Source: an uncultured bacterium
GTDB lineage: Bacteria; Krumholzibacteriota; Krumholzibacteriia; Krumholzibacteriales; Krumholzibacteriaceae
Reading direction: 5' to 3'
Length of the DNA stretch: 36,692 nucleotides
Assembly (NCBI GenBank): GCA_965601905.1
Contig: CBFCXB010000001.1
Span: 1-36,692, forward strand
Below the pieces are notes generated by a model. The model was not told the DNA's origin and did not search any database. It saw nothing but the letters and a program-made list of their open reading frames with translations. The translations under genes were made by a program, and so were the position numbers. Below, piece after piece: positions 1 to 8,425 of the stretch (the stretch's first letter is position 1; each line of letters opens with the position of its first letter).

Positions 1-540
1 CACCTCTTCGCCGTGGGTGGAGTCGAGATTTCCCGTGGGCTCGTCCGCCAGTATGAGACGGGGACGCGTGATCACGGCGCGCGCGACGGCCGCCCGCTGC
101 TGCTGCCCGCCGGAGAGCTGCTGGGGAAAATGGTTGCGGCGCGGGATCATCCGGAAGCGCTCCAGCACCTCGTCGACCCGCTTCTTCCGCTCGGTGGGGG
201 AAATGCCTTGATACAGCAGGGGAAGCTCGACATTCTCGAAGATCGTGAGTTCGTCGATCAGGTTGAAGCTCTGAAAGACGAATCCGATGTTGTTCTTGCG
301 TATGAGGGACCGTTTCCCCTCACCGCGCCGCGACACATCCTCACCCATGAGATGGTAGGCGCCCGCGGTGGGATTGTCCAGCAGGCCGAGTATGTTGAGG
401 AGCGTCGACTTGCCGCATCCCGACGGTCCCATGACGGCCACGAACTCACCCTCCCTGATCTCCATGTTTACCCCGTCGAGAGCGATCGTCTCGACTTCCT
501 CCGTCCGGAAGATCTTGATCAGATCCTCGGTTCGTATCAT
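1..540 (-). CDS. ABC transporter ATP-binding protein (MacB/LolD type); the C-terminus runs off the window
   Basis: My own minus-strand translation from the ATG at 538-540 gives [49 protein letters not shown]... It has Walker [10 protein letters not shown], signature LSGGQQQR and Walker B LILADEPT. It is absent from the ORF track because there is no stop inside the window. Confidence 0.9.
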   Translation of the reverse strand, partial: MIRTEDLIKIFRTEEVETIALDGVNMEIREGEFVAVMGPSGCGKSTLLNILGLLDNPTAGAYHLMGEDVSRRGEGKRSLIRKNNIGFVFQSFNLIDELTIFENVELPLLYQGISPTERKKRVDEVLERFRMIPRRNHFPQQLSGGQQQRAAVARAVITRPRLILADEPTGNLDSTHGEEV

Positions 541-597
541 CGTGTTTCTCCTCCGTGCTTCCGTGCCCATCCGGCGGTGGTCATTTGATCTTTTCCT

Positions 598-1851
598 TTA
601 TTTTAATATGAGCCGGTCGGCATCACCGAAGGTTTCGTATGGCGATACGATCACCTGCTCCCCCGGTTCGAGTCCTGCGAGCACCTCGTAGTATTCCGTG
701 TTTTGCCTGCCCAGGTGGATCTCCCTCCGGCGGCCGCCCGTGCCGGAGCCGTCGAGCACGTATACCCAGCGGCCGCCCGTATACTGGTAGAATCCGCCGG
801 TGGCGAGCAGAACCGCCTCCGAAAGTTCGCCGAGCTCGAGCCGGATACGCAGCGTTTGGCCTCTGCGGATCTCTTCCGGCTCTTCATGTACGAAATGCAT
901 GTCAACCTCGAAGCGGCCTTCGACCACCTCGGGGTAGACCTTGGCGACGTTCAACCTGAACGTGTCCCGGGCAAAGCTGAACGTACCCGCCCGGCCGGTG
1001 CCGATTCGGGTGATGTAGTGCTCGTCTATCGGTACGCGAACCTTGAACCCGTCGAGGATGTCGATCTGACCGAGCCGCTCGCCTCGCCGCTTGGATTCCC
1101 CGATCTCGGCGTTGAGTGAGGTCAGGTGGCCCGAGACGGGCGCCTTGATGACGAGGTTTTCCATATTCTGCTTGACGATATCGAGGTTCGCTTCCATCCG
1201 GACGAGCGAGGTCTCGAGCTGGCGGATCTGGTTTTCCCTGAAGAGGGAATCCTGCCGTTGTGTCTTGGCGGTCAGTTCCAGGGACCTCGCGAGGTACGCC
1301 ATCTCGTCCTTCGATTCTTCAAACTCCCGCTGGGAGAGGAGGTCCTTGGCCGCAAGCGTGGTGTTGGACTCGACGATGCGCCGCTGTCGCTTGATCGCGT
1401 GCTCGATCTCGAGCAACTGTCGCTGCATCTCGAGGCCGTGCCGTTCCATCTCGAGGCGGGTGTTACGGAGATTGTTGCTCTGCTGGAATATCTCCGCTTC
1501 CCGGTACATCACGTCCATGAGGAGATTGGTATTGGCAAGCTTGATGATCCGGTCCCCCTTCTCGACGAAGGTGCCGGCCTCGAGGTAAACGGTATCGACG
1601 CGACCGCCCTCGACGGCGTCCAGGTAGTGCGTGCTTATGGGGATGACTGTACCGGTAACCGGTATGAATTCCTGGAATGCGCCGCGAGTGACGGTCGCGA
1701 TCCGTAGGCGGTCGGTCTGCACATTCAGTCTGGGAGAGCGGTCGGCGAGCAGCAGGCCGTAGATTACGAGAGCCGCGATTATTGCCCCGCCGGCAATGTA
1801 TACGATCCGCCGCGGTGTCCACCGCTTTCTCTGTATCGGCCGGTCGACCAT
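598..1851 (-). CDS. HlyD/MacA-family periplasmic adaptor (membrane fusion protein)
   Basis: 417-aa ORF. It has an N-terminal TM segment (IVYIAGGAIIAALVIYGLLL), a long coiled-coil middle (EIFQQSNNLRNTRLEMERHGLEMQRQLLEIEH...) and a beta-rich C-terminus. GAGGAA precedes the ATG. It ends 57 nt upstream of the ABC ATPase gene. Confidence 0.85.
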   Translation of the reverse strand: MVDRPIQRKRWTPRRIVYIAGGAIIAALVIYGLLLADRSPRLNVQTDRLRIATVTRGAFQEFIPVTGTVIPISTHYLDAVEGGRVDTVYLEAGTFVEKGDRIIKLANTNLLMDVMYREAEIFQQSNNLRNTRLEMERHGLEMQRQLLEIEHAIKRQRRIVESNTTLAAKDLLSQREFEESKDEMAYLARSLELTAKTQRQDSLFRENQIRQLETSLVRMEANLDIVKQNMENLVIKAPVSGHLTSLNAEIGESKRRGERLGQIDILDGFKVRVPIDEHYITRIGTGRAGTFSFARDTFRLNVAKVYPEVVEGRFEVDMHFVHEEPEEIRRGQTLRIRLELGELSEAVLLATGGFYQYTGGRWVYVLDGSGTGGRRREIHLGRQNTEYYEVLAGLEPGEQVIVSPYETFGDADRLILK

Positions 1852-1877
1852 GGAGTATTCCTCTGCTTCAGCGGTTC

Positions 1878-2372
1878 CTACAGCGCATATTCAGCGATCA
1901 GGTGCCGGGCGGCAACCACAATCGCTTTCAGGCAGCGGACCGACATTGCGATGCGGCTCTTGACCTTGTTATTGACGGTTCGATGGAGGGCCTTCAGCGG
2001 GTGCGGTGCATCCCTTGTGCCGGGCGCTTTTAATGAAGCCTCATCCGTGTTTTCACCCGTCACCGTCACCAGTCCGATGAATCGATCCGTCACGACCAGG
2101 CCGCGCCGCTCGATTCTCCCCCAGGTCGCGTTACCGGGATGCCGGTAGCTGATATCGCACTTGAAACTAATACGATTGTTCACGCCGTCGCTTTCAGCAA
2201 GGGTATTCTCCTCCGGGATCAGGACTACGAGTCGTATATCCGCCTCGGCCGCCCTGGCAATCACGGAGTATAGACCGATCGCATCGGCGTCGGCCGGGAG
2301 TACCAGGATGAAAAACAGTGCCAGGGCGACCGATGAGCCATATACCGTGCGTCTATAGATCGTTCTTTTCAT
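1878..2372 (-). CDS. hypothetical exported or membrane-anchored protein, first gene of the efflux operon
   Basis: 164-aa ORF. The ATG at 2372 is preceded by GGAGGTG at 8 nt. It has an N-terminal hydrophobic segment (SSVALALFFILVLPADA). It lies 26 nt upstream of the adaptor gene. I recognise no family motif. Confidence 0.55.
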   Translation of the reverse strand: MKRTIYRRTVYGSSVALALFFILVLPADADAIGLYSVIARAAEADIRLVVLIPEENTLAESDGVNNRISFKCDISYRHPGNATWGRIERRGLVVTDRFIGLVTVTGENTDEASLKAPGTRDAPHPLKALHRTVNNKVKSRIAMSVRCLKAIVVAARHLIAEYAL

Positions 2373-2404
2373 ATTGCATCACCTCCACTCGTAGAGGATG
2401 CCTT

Positions 2405-2420
2405 TTCAAGTGCCGTGCCA
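2405..2420 (-). promoter_or_regulatory. candidate sigma-54 (-24/-12) promoter
   Basis: The minus strand reads TGGCACGGCACTTGAA against the consensus TGGCACG-N4-TTGCW. Spacing is correct and the only mismatch is A for the conserved -12 C. The element ends 32 nt upstream of ATG 2372. A sigma-54 activator gene is divergently adjacent. Confidence 0.5.
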
Positions 2421-2474
2421 TAAAGTCATCTTCTTTATTTGTAAATAGTTATAAATTTAAAGGGCCGTCGTTGA

Positions 2475-2504
2475 TGTCCGCTGGCGATACAGTGGGTGTC
2501 CGCT
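2475..2504. repeat. direct repeat TGTCCGCT x2 with 22-nt period; candidate activator-binding (UAS) site
   Basis: Exact octamers lie at 2475-2482 and 2497-2504, in the 160-nt divergent intergenic region between the sigma-54-like promoter and the activator gene. Confidence 0.35.
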
Positions 2505-2587
2505 TACGAACAGTTCATCCTTGCCCCCGAATTGTTTTTTAGGTACTATACACTAAGAATATCGATAAACCAACGGGGATGATCGAC

Positions 2588-3964
2588 ATGGCGAAAAAAC
2601 ACGGGACCATCCTGGTCATCGACGACAACGAGGATGTTCTGTTCGCCGCGCGCTTCTTCTTGAAGCGGCACGTGGCAGCGGTGCACACGGAGAGTAATCC
2701 GGAGCGACTGCCGGATCTGCTCGGGCGGGAGCGTTTCGATGTGATCCTCCTCGATATGAATTTCAGCAAGGATGTTACAAGTGGTGAGGAGGGATTCCAC
2801 TGGCTCCATCGCATCATGGAGATCGATCCGGCGGTCGTCGTCATTTTCATCACCGCTTATGCCGATATCGACATGGCGGTACGGGCGATCAAGGAAGGGG
2901 CGACCGATTTCATCGTGAAGCCCTGGCAAAACGAGAAGCTCCTGGCCACCGTCTCGGCGGCGCTGGCGCTGGGTCGGTCCCGGCGGGAGGTGCACAGCCT
3001 GCGATCGCGTGAGCGTCGGCTCAGTGAGGATCTCGATCAGCCCTTCCACGATTTTATCGGCGAGTCGCCCGCCATGCGGGAGGTCCTCGACGCCGTCGGA
3101 AAGGTTGCCGTCACCGACGCCAATGTATTGATCACCGGTGAGAACGGTACGGGAAAGGAGCTGGTCGCCCGTGCCATCCACCGCCGGTCACCGCGTGTGG
3201 GGGAGCCGTTCGTAAAGGTCGACATGGGAGCGTTGACCGGCTCCCTCTTCGAGAGCGAGCTCTTCGGGCACGTCAAGGGAGCCTTCACCGATGCACGCGA
3301 GGATCGCCCCGGCCGTTTCGAGATCGCCGCCGGCGGAACCCTCTTTCTCGATGAGATCGGCAACCTTCCCCTGGGGCTCCAGACCAAGCTGCTCTCGGCG
3401 CTTCAGAGCCGGCAGGTGACACGCGTGGGATCGAACACCCCGCACGAGGTCGACATCCGTCTGATATGCGCGACAAATGTATCACTGTTCGAGATGACCG
3501 CCGCGGGATCATTCCGCCGGGATCTCCTCTACCGGATCAATACGGTCAATATAGACATCCCGCCGCTGCGCGAGCGGATCGACGATATCCCCCCCCTTAC
3601 CGAACATTTCCTCTCCATCTACGCGAGGAAGTATCGCAGATCCGGTATCAGGATTGTCCCCGCGACGATGAAGAAACTGAAGGCGTACCGCTGGCCCGGT
3701 AACGTCCGCGAGCTCCAGCACGCCGTCGAGCGGGCCGTGATCATGGGGGGCGGCAACAAACTCCGGCCCGATGATTTTCTCCTCTCCGCCGGCGCCGAGG
3801 GGGGCGACGAACTGGCGATCGACAGCCTGAACATCGATGATGTGGAGCGGGCCTTGATTCGAACGGCGATGCGGCGGTACGGGGGAAACATCAGCCGTGT
3901 CGCCCGCGAGCTGGGATTGAGCCGTGCCGCTCTCTACCGGAGGCTGGAAAAGTATGGTCTCTAG
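2588..3964 (+). CDS. sigma-54-dependent response regulator (NtrC/AtoC family enhancer-binding protein)
   Basis: It has a REC domain (ILVIDDN...DVILLDMNF) and an AAA+ domain (Walker A GENGTGKE, GAFTDA loop, Walker B GGTLFLDEIG). It ends with a Fis-type HTH (ARELGLSRAALYRRLEKYGL). ATG 2588 has GGGGA 8 nt upstream. The in-frame ATG at 2579 (ORF track) is an alternative start. Confidence 0.93.
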   Translation: MAKKHGTILVIDDNEDVLFAARFFLKRHVAAVHTESNPERLPDLLGRERFDVILLDMNFSKDVTSGEEGFHWLHRIMEIDPAVVVIFITAYADIDMAVRAIKEGATDFIVKPWQNEKLLATVSAALALGRSRREVHSLRSRERRLSEDLDQPFHDFIGESPAMREVLDAVGKVAVTDANVLITGENGTGKELVARAIHRRSPRVGEPFVKVDMGALTGSLFESELFGHVKGAFTDAREDRPGRFEIAAGGTLFLDEIGNLPLGLQTKLLSALQSRQVTRVGSNTPHEVDIRLICATNVSLFEMTAAGSFRRDLLYRINTVNIDIPPLRERIDDIPPLTEHFLSIYARKYRRSGIRIVPATMKKLKAYRWPGNVRELQHAVERAVIMGGGNKLRPDDFLLSAGAEGGDELAIDSLNIDDVERALIRTAMRRYGGNISRVARELGLSRAALYRRLEKYGL

Positions 3965-5294
3965 AAACTTCAGAACAAATCTGATCATACGTGTGGTGCT
4001 GCTCTCGGCGACCATCTTTCTCATCTATCCGAGTCTGTTCCGCCATTACTATGCGGCGTCGGTGCTGATCGCAGCCCTGATCGTGTACCAGGGCTATTCT
4101 CTGATTTCGTTCCTGGAGACGACCGGCCGCGAGCTCGCGAGGTTTCTCGAGTCGATCCGGTATGGCGATTTCACGGCGGGCTTTACCACCGGCATACGGG
4201 GGCGGGCGTTCGATGATCTCAACCGCTCGTTTTCCGAGGTCATCACGCGCTTCCGCGAGATCAACGTGGAGAGGGAGGAGGGCTACCAGTACCTGCACGC
4301 CGTGGTGCAGCACGTCGGCATCGGTATGATCGCCTTCCGGAGTGACGGGGGAGTAGAGCTCATCAATGCGGCGGCGAAAAAGCTCTTCGACGTTCCGCGA
4401 TTGAAAAACATCGAGGATCTCGGTGCCGTGAGCAGTGAACTCGTGGAGACGCTGCGGACCATCGAGCCGGGTGCGAGTGACCTCATGAAGATCAGGGTGG
4501 GAGAGGACCTGCTCCAGGTGTCGATCTACGCCACCGAGCTCCGTCTCCGGCATGTCGCGCTGAGGCTGGTTTCCTTCCAGAACATCGGCTCCGAGCTCGA
4601 CGCGAAGGAAATGGAAGCATGGCAGAATCTGATACGGGTCCTCACGCACGAGATCAAGAACTCCTTGACGCCGATCGTCTCGCTCACGTCGAGTGTCGAG
4701 GATATGGTGTCCGTTCGAGGGCGGACGAACGGTACGGAGAATGAGGCCCTGCACGAGATTCATACGGCGCTGCGTACGATCAGGAATCGGAGCGAGGGGC
4801 TGCTGCGATTCACCGACGCCTACCGGAGCCTGACAAGGATCAAGAATCCCGAGTTCCAGCGTTTTCAAGTGGCGGAGCTCCTGGACCGTGTCGGCAGCCT
4901 CGCCGCGGAGCAGATGGAAGGGGCCGGCACAACCTTTCGCACGAGGGTCGATCCATCTTCGCTCGAGCTGACCGCCGACCCGCAGCTCGTCGAGCAGGTG
5001 CTGATCAATCTGATCCTCAACGCGATCGATGCGGTGGAGGGTGCCATCGGCGCCCGGATCGCGGTTGATGCGTCGGTGGACGGCAGGAACAGGGTGGTGA
5101 TCCGCGTGACCGATAACGGACGCGGCATCGTCGAGGATGCCCTGGAAAGGATATTCGTGCCGTTCTTCAGCACGAAGAAGGATGGCTCGGGGATCGGGCT
5201 CAGCCTCTCACGCCAGATCATGCGGCTCCACCGAGGCGAACTCACCGCGCAATCGAATCCGGGCGTTGAGACCGTGTTCACGATGCGGTTCTGA
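3954..5294 (+). CDS. sensor histidine kinase (two TM segments, PAS-like, HisKA, HATPase_c)
   Basis: It has H-box LTHEIKNSLTPI, N box LILNAIDA and G boxes DNGRGI / GSGIGLSLSRQIM. ATG 3954 has GGAGG 10 nt upstream and overlaps the regulator stop by 11 nt. The ORF-track GTG at 3924 is an alternative start. Confidence 0.9.
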   Translation: MVSRNFRTNLIIRVVLLSATIFLIYPSLFRHYYAASVLIAALIVYQGYSLISFLETTGRELARFLESIRYGDFTAGFTTGIRGRAFDDLNRSFSEVITRFREINVEREEGYQYLHAVVQHVGIGMIAFRSDGGVELINAAAKKLFDVPRLKNIEDLGAVSSELVETLRTIEPGASDLMKIRVGEDLLQVSIYATELRLRHVALRLVSFQNIGSELDAKEMEAWQNLIRVLTHEIKNSLTPIVSLTSSVEDMVSVRGRTNGTENEALHEIHTALRTIRNRSEGLLRFTDAYRSLTRIKNPEFQRFQVAELLDRVGSLAAEQMEGAGTTFRTRVDPSSLELTADPQLVEQVLINLILNAIDAVEGAIGARIAVDASVDGRNRVVIRVTDNGRGIVEDALERIFVPFFSTKKDGSGIGLSLSRQIMRLHRGELTAQSNPGVETVFTMRF

Positions 5295-5296
5295 TA

Positions 5297-5312
5297 GGCT
5301 TCTTAAGAAGCC
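5297..5312 (+). terminator. hairpin directly after the kinase gene (possible terminator)
   Basis: A perfect 16-nt palindrome GGCTTCTTAAGAAGCC starts 2 nt after the kinase stop. No T-tract follows, so terminator function is uncertain. Confidence 0.3.
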
Positions 5313-5357
5313 ACTTGCGCATAGGCCCCCACCGGCCGAACGTATCCGGACAGAAAG

Positions 5358-6616
5358 GTGCTCACGCTCGGCGATCCGATCATCGGCCATTCGATCACCT
5401 TCTGGCCCCCGCTTGACGGCTTTCAGCGGCACACGTTCATCTGCGCCTTGAAATGCCTGACCTTATCGCGCTGTGCGAGCGGGGGCGGTTACATCTCCGT
5501 ATACGAGACCTGGAATCCGGAACATGCCGTAGTGGTTATAGACGCGGATCTGCTGGCCGACGGCCGGACCGTAGTGATCGGTCTCGGCTCCCCGCTCGAT
5601 CAGGCGATCCACGACTACTCGATCCGCGCCGACGATATTCGGGAAGCCGGCGGATCGCTCCGCGGCTGCCCGACCGTTGCGACCTTCAAGTACTGTCCCG
5701 ATCTCGTCGCTTTCGATCTGTCAGTGTCGCCGGACAAGCTTTACGAGGCCTGCGCACCGTACGAGATCGATTTCGACTTCCGGAACGGGGGTGATTACGC
5801 GGCCGGTCCCTTTCGTGTATCGGTGGGACTGAGATGGCATGACGGCGAGCAATGGATCGTGGACACGATGGATACGCTCCGGTACAACGGTCTCGATCCG
5901 GGCGATACGATACATGTGAGCACGACGTGCACGATGCCGCCGGTGGTGGGATTGAATGCCTATTACCAGGTGTATGTCGATGATCTCGACGAGGTGTCCG
6001 AGTGCAGCGATGAGAACGACGGCGACGAATTCTTACTGTTCAACCATACCCCATGTATTATGTCGATCGACGATCTGCCCGAAGATACGGGGGGATGGGT
6101 AACGATGGTTTTCAAGAAGGCATACAACGACCGCTCGGGTCCCGGCGGCCGCGTATCGGGATACGGGATCTACCGGCGGATCGATCCACCGCCGGGAGCC
6201 ATGAGAGCCGCCGGCGTGGAAGGTGAGACTATCGAACGGGACAACGAAGATGCCATCCCCGATAGGGCGGGACACCCGTGCTGCCACGGATTCGCGATGG
6301 AGGATTGGGAACTCGTCGAGTGGGTCGATGCCGAACTGCTCGATCACTATACCGTCAGAATTATACGAATCCATTCAATCCAACGACGACGATCCGTTAC
6401 GAGATACCGGCCGGCGCTCATGTGACGCTCCGGATCTACAATGTGAACGGTGAAATTGTCAGGACGCTCGTTGATGCCCGCCAGGAACGGGGGATCCGGC
6501 GCATCGAATGGGACGGGCGCGACTACGGCGGGCGGTTCGCGGCCTCCGGCGTCTATTTCTACTCCGTGCGCGCGGGCGCATTCACGGACACAAAGAAGAT
6601 GGTTCTTCTTCGATGA
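5358..6616 (+). pseudogene. disrupted T9SS cargo gene (CARDB-like domain + type-A CTD), frameshifted and lacking a signal peptide
   Basis: Two overlapping ORFs lie in different frames (5358..6425 and 6278..6616). The first has a CARDB-like stretch (PDLVAFDLSVSP...YQVYVDDLDEVSECSDENDGDEF). The second holds a complete CTD (QNYTNPFNPTTTIRYEIPAGAHVTLRIYNVNGEIV...GVYFYSVRAG...KKMVLLR). One nucleotide added near 6349-6353 would join them (...LLDHYTV|QNYTNPFNP). The N-terminus is GTG-initiated and has no signal peptide. Confidence 0.7.
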
Positions 6617-6635
6617 GCGCCCCGTCGATCGAGTC

Positions 6636-7133
6636 CTATTCGACCGAATCAAAACGGGCGGTGAGCCGTCGGCAGATATATTCGAGAAACTCGCGGTCGT
6701 GAAACGAGAATGGAGCGAGCTTGTACGAGTCGATATCGAGCTCCCCGGTGATGCGCTCCTCCACGTCGAATAGCGGCACGACGATCTCCGAGAGTACATC
6801 CGGTGCGCAGGAGAGGTAATTCGATACCTTGGTTACGTCCTGAATGGTGACCGTTTCCTTGACGACGGCCGCTTGACCGCAGATGCCCTTGCCGAAGGGT
6901 ATTTTCACGTGCTTGGTCGGCGCACCGACAAAGGGGCCGAGGACCAGCACTTCTACTTCCGGATTTTCCACGAGGTAGAATCCCACCCAGTCGTAGTAGT
7001 CGACCTGATCGGCGAGCAGCCGGCAGATCCGCTTCATGGTTTTGTCCCTGTCCGCCTCCGCCGCCAGGATCTCGTCCACTTTATCCTTGAGTTCGGAGAA
7101 AAGCGCTTTTTTATCTACCAGTTTGCTTTCCAT
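6636..7133 (-). CDS. GAF-domain protein, free methionine-(R)-sulfoxide reductase (fRMsr/MsrC)-like
   Basis: The sequence WVGFYLVE...LVLGPFVGAPTKHVKIPFGKGICGQAA...YLSCAPDVLSEIVVPL...GELDIDS matches the fRMsr-type GAF pattern. ATG 7133 is preceded by GGAGGTG. The ORF-track start at 7160 is a TTG and is less likely. Confidence 0.8.
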   Translation of the reverse strand: MESKLVDKKALFSELKDKVDEILAAEADRDKTMKRICRLLADQVDYYDWVGFYLVENPEVEVLVLGPFVGAPTKHVKIPFGKGICGQAAVVKETVTIQDVTKVSNYLSCAPDVLSEIVVPLFDVEERITGELDIDSYKLAPFSFHDREFLEYICRRLTARFDSVE

Positions 7134-7184
7134 GTCACACCTCCGCCGCAATGCGTGCAAGGCTTGTACCAGTAGAGAGCTGAT

Positions 7185-7212
7185 TTGTAATATCTTAAAA
7201 TGTTGCTATATT
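7185..7212 (+). promoter_or_regulatory. candidate sigma-70-type promoter for tonB
   Basis: TTGTAA (7185-7190), a 16-nt spacer, then TATATT (7207-7212), in the AT-rich divergent intergenic region about 95 nt upstream of ATG 7307. Confidence 0.35.
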
Positions 7213-7306
7213 ATAAGTAGAAGGACATATCGCAGTGCCCTCTGGGATCAGAAGGAACGCGTTCATCTCCGGGAAAGGGACATCCACTCCGAAAGGAGGT
7301 CCGGCC

Positions 7307-7942
7307 ATGTTTCCTCTGATCGCACGAGATATAGAACTGAGAGCCATAAGCAAAAGGTTCCTGTGTTATGCAATCTTTATATCATTGCTGTTCCTGTTCT
7401 TGATGTTCTACTTCTTCCCGCCATTCGATTTCAAACCGTACGAGCTGCCGTACGAGGCGCCGATCGAGTTGGTGATTCCTGACGAGATAATCGTGCCTGA
7501 GGCGCCGAAGGAAGTCCCGCAACCGGCGATTCCGGTAGAGGTTTCCGAAGAAGCGGGAGTGGAAGATGCTGATGTCGAGATCCCGCCGAATGTCTTCACC
7601 TCGGTCACGGACATGCCGATCGTCGCGCGTACCGACGACCACCCCGCGAAGGAACTGGAATTCTATGCATTCGACGAAGCCCCCGTTCTCATCGAATCCA
7701 CCAAGCCTGTCTACCCGGAGGTTGCGAGGGAAGTGGGGATTGAAGGAACGGTCCTACTTCGCCTGCTGGTCGCCGAGGACGGGGCCGTCATCGAAGTCGA
7801 CATTATCCAGTCCAACGTAACGCTGACCATGGAGGAAGCAGCCATGGCCGCGGCCCGGAAGTATAAATTCACGCCGGCCAAACAGCGGAATGTGCCCGTG
7901 AAAGCCCACGTGGCCTTACCGATAATTTTCAAGCTGAATTGA
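7307..7942 (+). CDS. tonB: energy transducer TonB-family protein
   Basis: AAAGGAGG lies 6 nt upstream of ATG 7307. It has an N-terminal TM segment (FLCYAIFISLLFLFLMFYFF) and a Pro/Glu-rich linker (PEAPKEVPQPAIPVEVSEE). It ends with a TonB C-terminal domain (PVYPEVAREVGIEGTVLLRLLV...DGAV...KYKFTPAKQRNVPVKAHVALPIIFKL). Confidence 0.88.
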   Translation: MFPLIARDIELRAISKRFLCYAIFISLLFLFLMFYFFPPFDFKPYELPYEAPIELVIPDEIIVPEAPKEVPQPAIPVEVSEEAGVEDADVEIPPNVFTSVTDMPIVARTDDHPAKELEFYAFDEAPVLIESTKPVYPEVAREVGIEGTVLLRLLVAEDGAVIEVDIIQSNVTLTMEEAAMAAARKYKFTPAKQRNVPVKAHVALPIIFKLN

Positions 7943-8425
7943 GCGATCTACGTAACCGATTGCCGGTAGGCCAGATATGGTTATCAATACCCTTGTGAGC
8001 GGCACCCTGCAGAGGAAGCATTTTCTTCTTGTATCGATATTGTCCGGATGGTACTCTCGGCACAATATGAAGTCGCACTTCCGGTGCCGCATACATCAGT
8101 ATGCTGTAAACGATCCACGGCGGCTGAGAAGTGTGGGTTGAACGGTCGTACATCAAGACATCTGTGCTGCTCATACGTGCGGAGCTTTGTCGGTAGGATA
8201 ACTGACGAGGACCGATCGACGATGAGCGGATGTAGACACATCGTCAATTCCTTCCCGACAGATCAACGAGGCCATATTAGCCTCATTTTTGCTCCGTCAC
8301 GGGCGGGCCGGATCGGCAGCGGGCCGCCGGCCGCTTCGAGGGAGAGGGCATTATCACGACCGTATAGACTGAGTGCGTTGCCGTTTTGTGCGGCGGCGAG
8401 AGCCAATGCAGAGAGGAGGTAGACG

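Noticed and set aside
3589-3596. C8 homopolymer inside the sigma-54 regulator gene as a phase-variation switch
   Set aside because: The run is in frame (ATC CCC CCC CTT = I P P L) in an intact gene. Runs of 6-8 G or C are frequent in this window because of Gly and Pro codons, so the run alone is not evidence of a contingency locus. It is relevant only as context for the G8 frameshift at 15380.
8124-8145. TPP or cobalamin riboswitch in the spacer upstream of the TonB-dependent receptor (CTGAGA...GAAC seen at 8124 onward)
   Set aside because: The rest of the THI-box (ACCTGATCTGGATAATGCCAGCG-like) is absent. No B12-box-like GCCACTG or AGYCMGG element is present. I also saw no RNase P, SRP, tmRNA or tRNA signatures.
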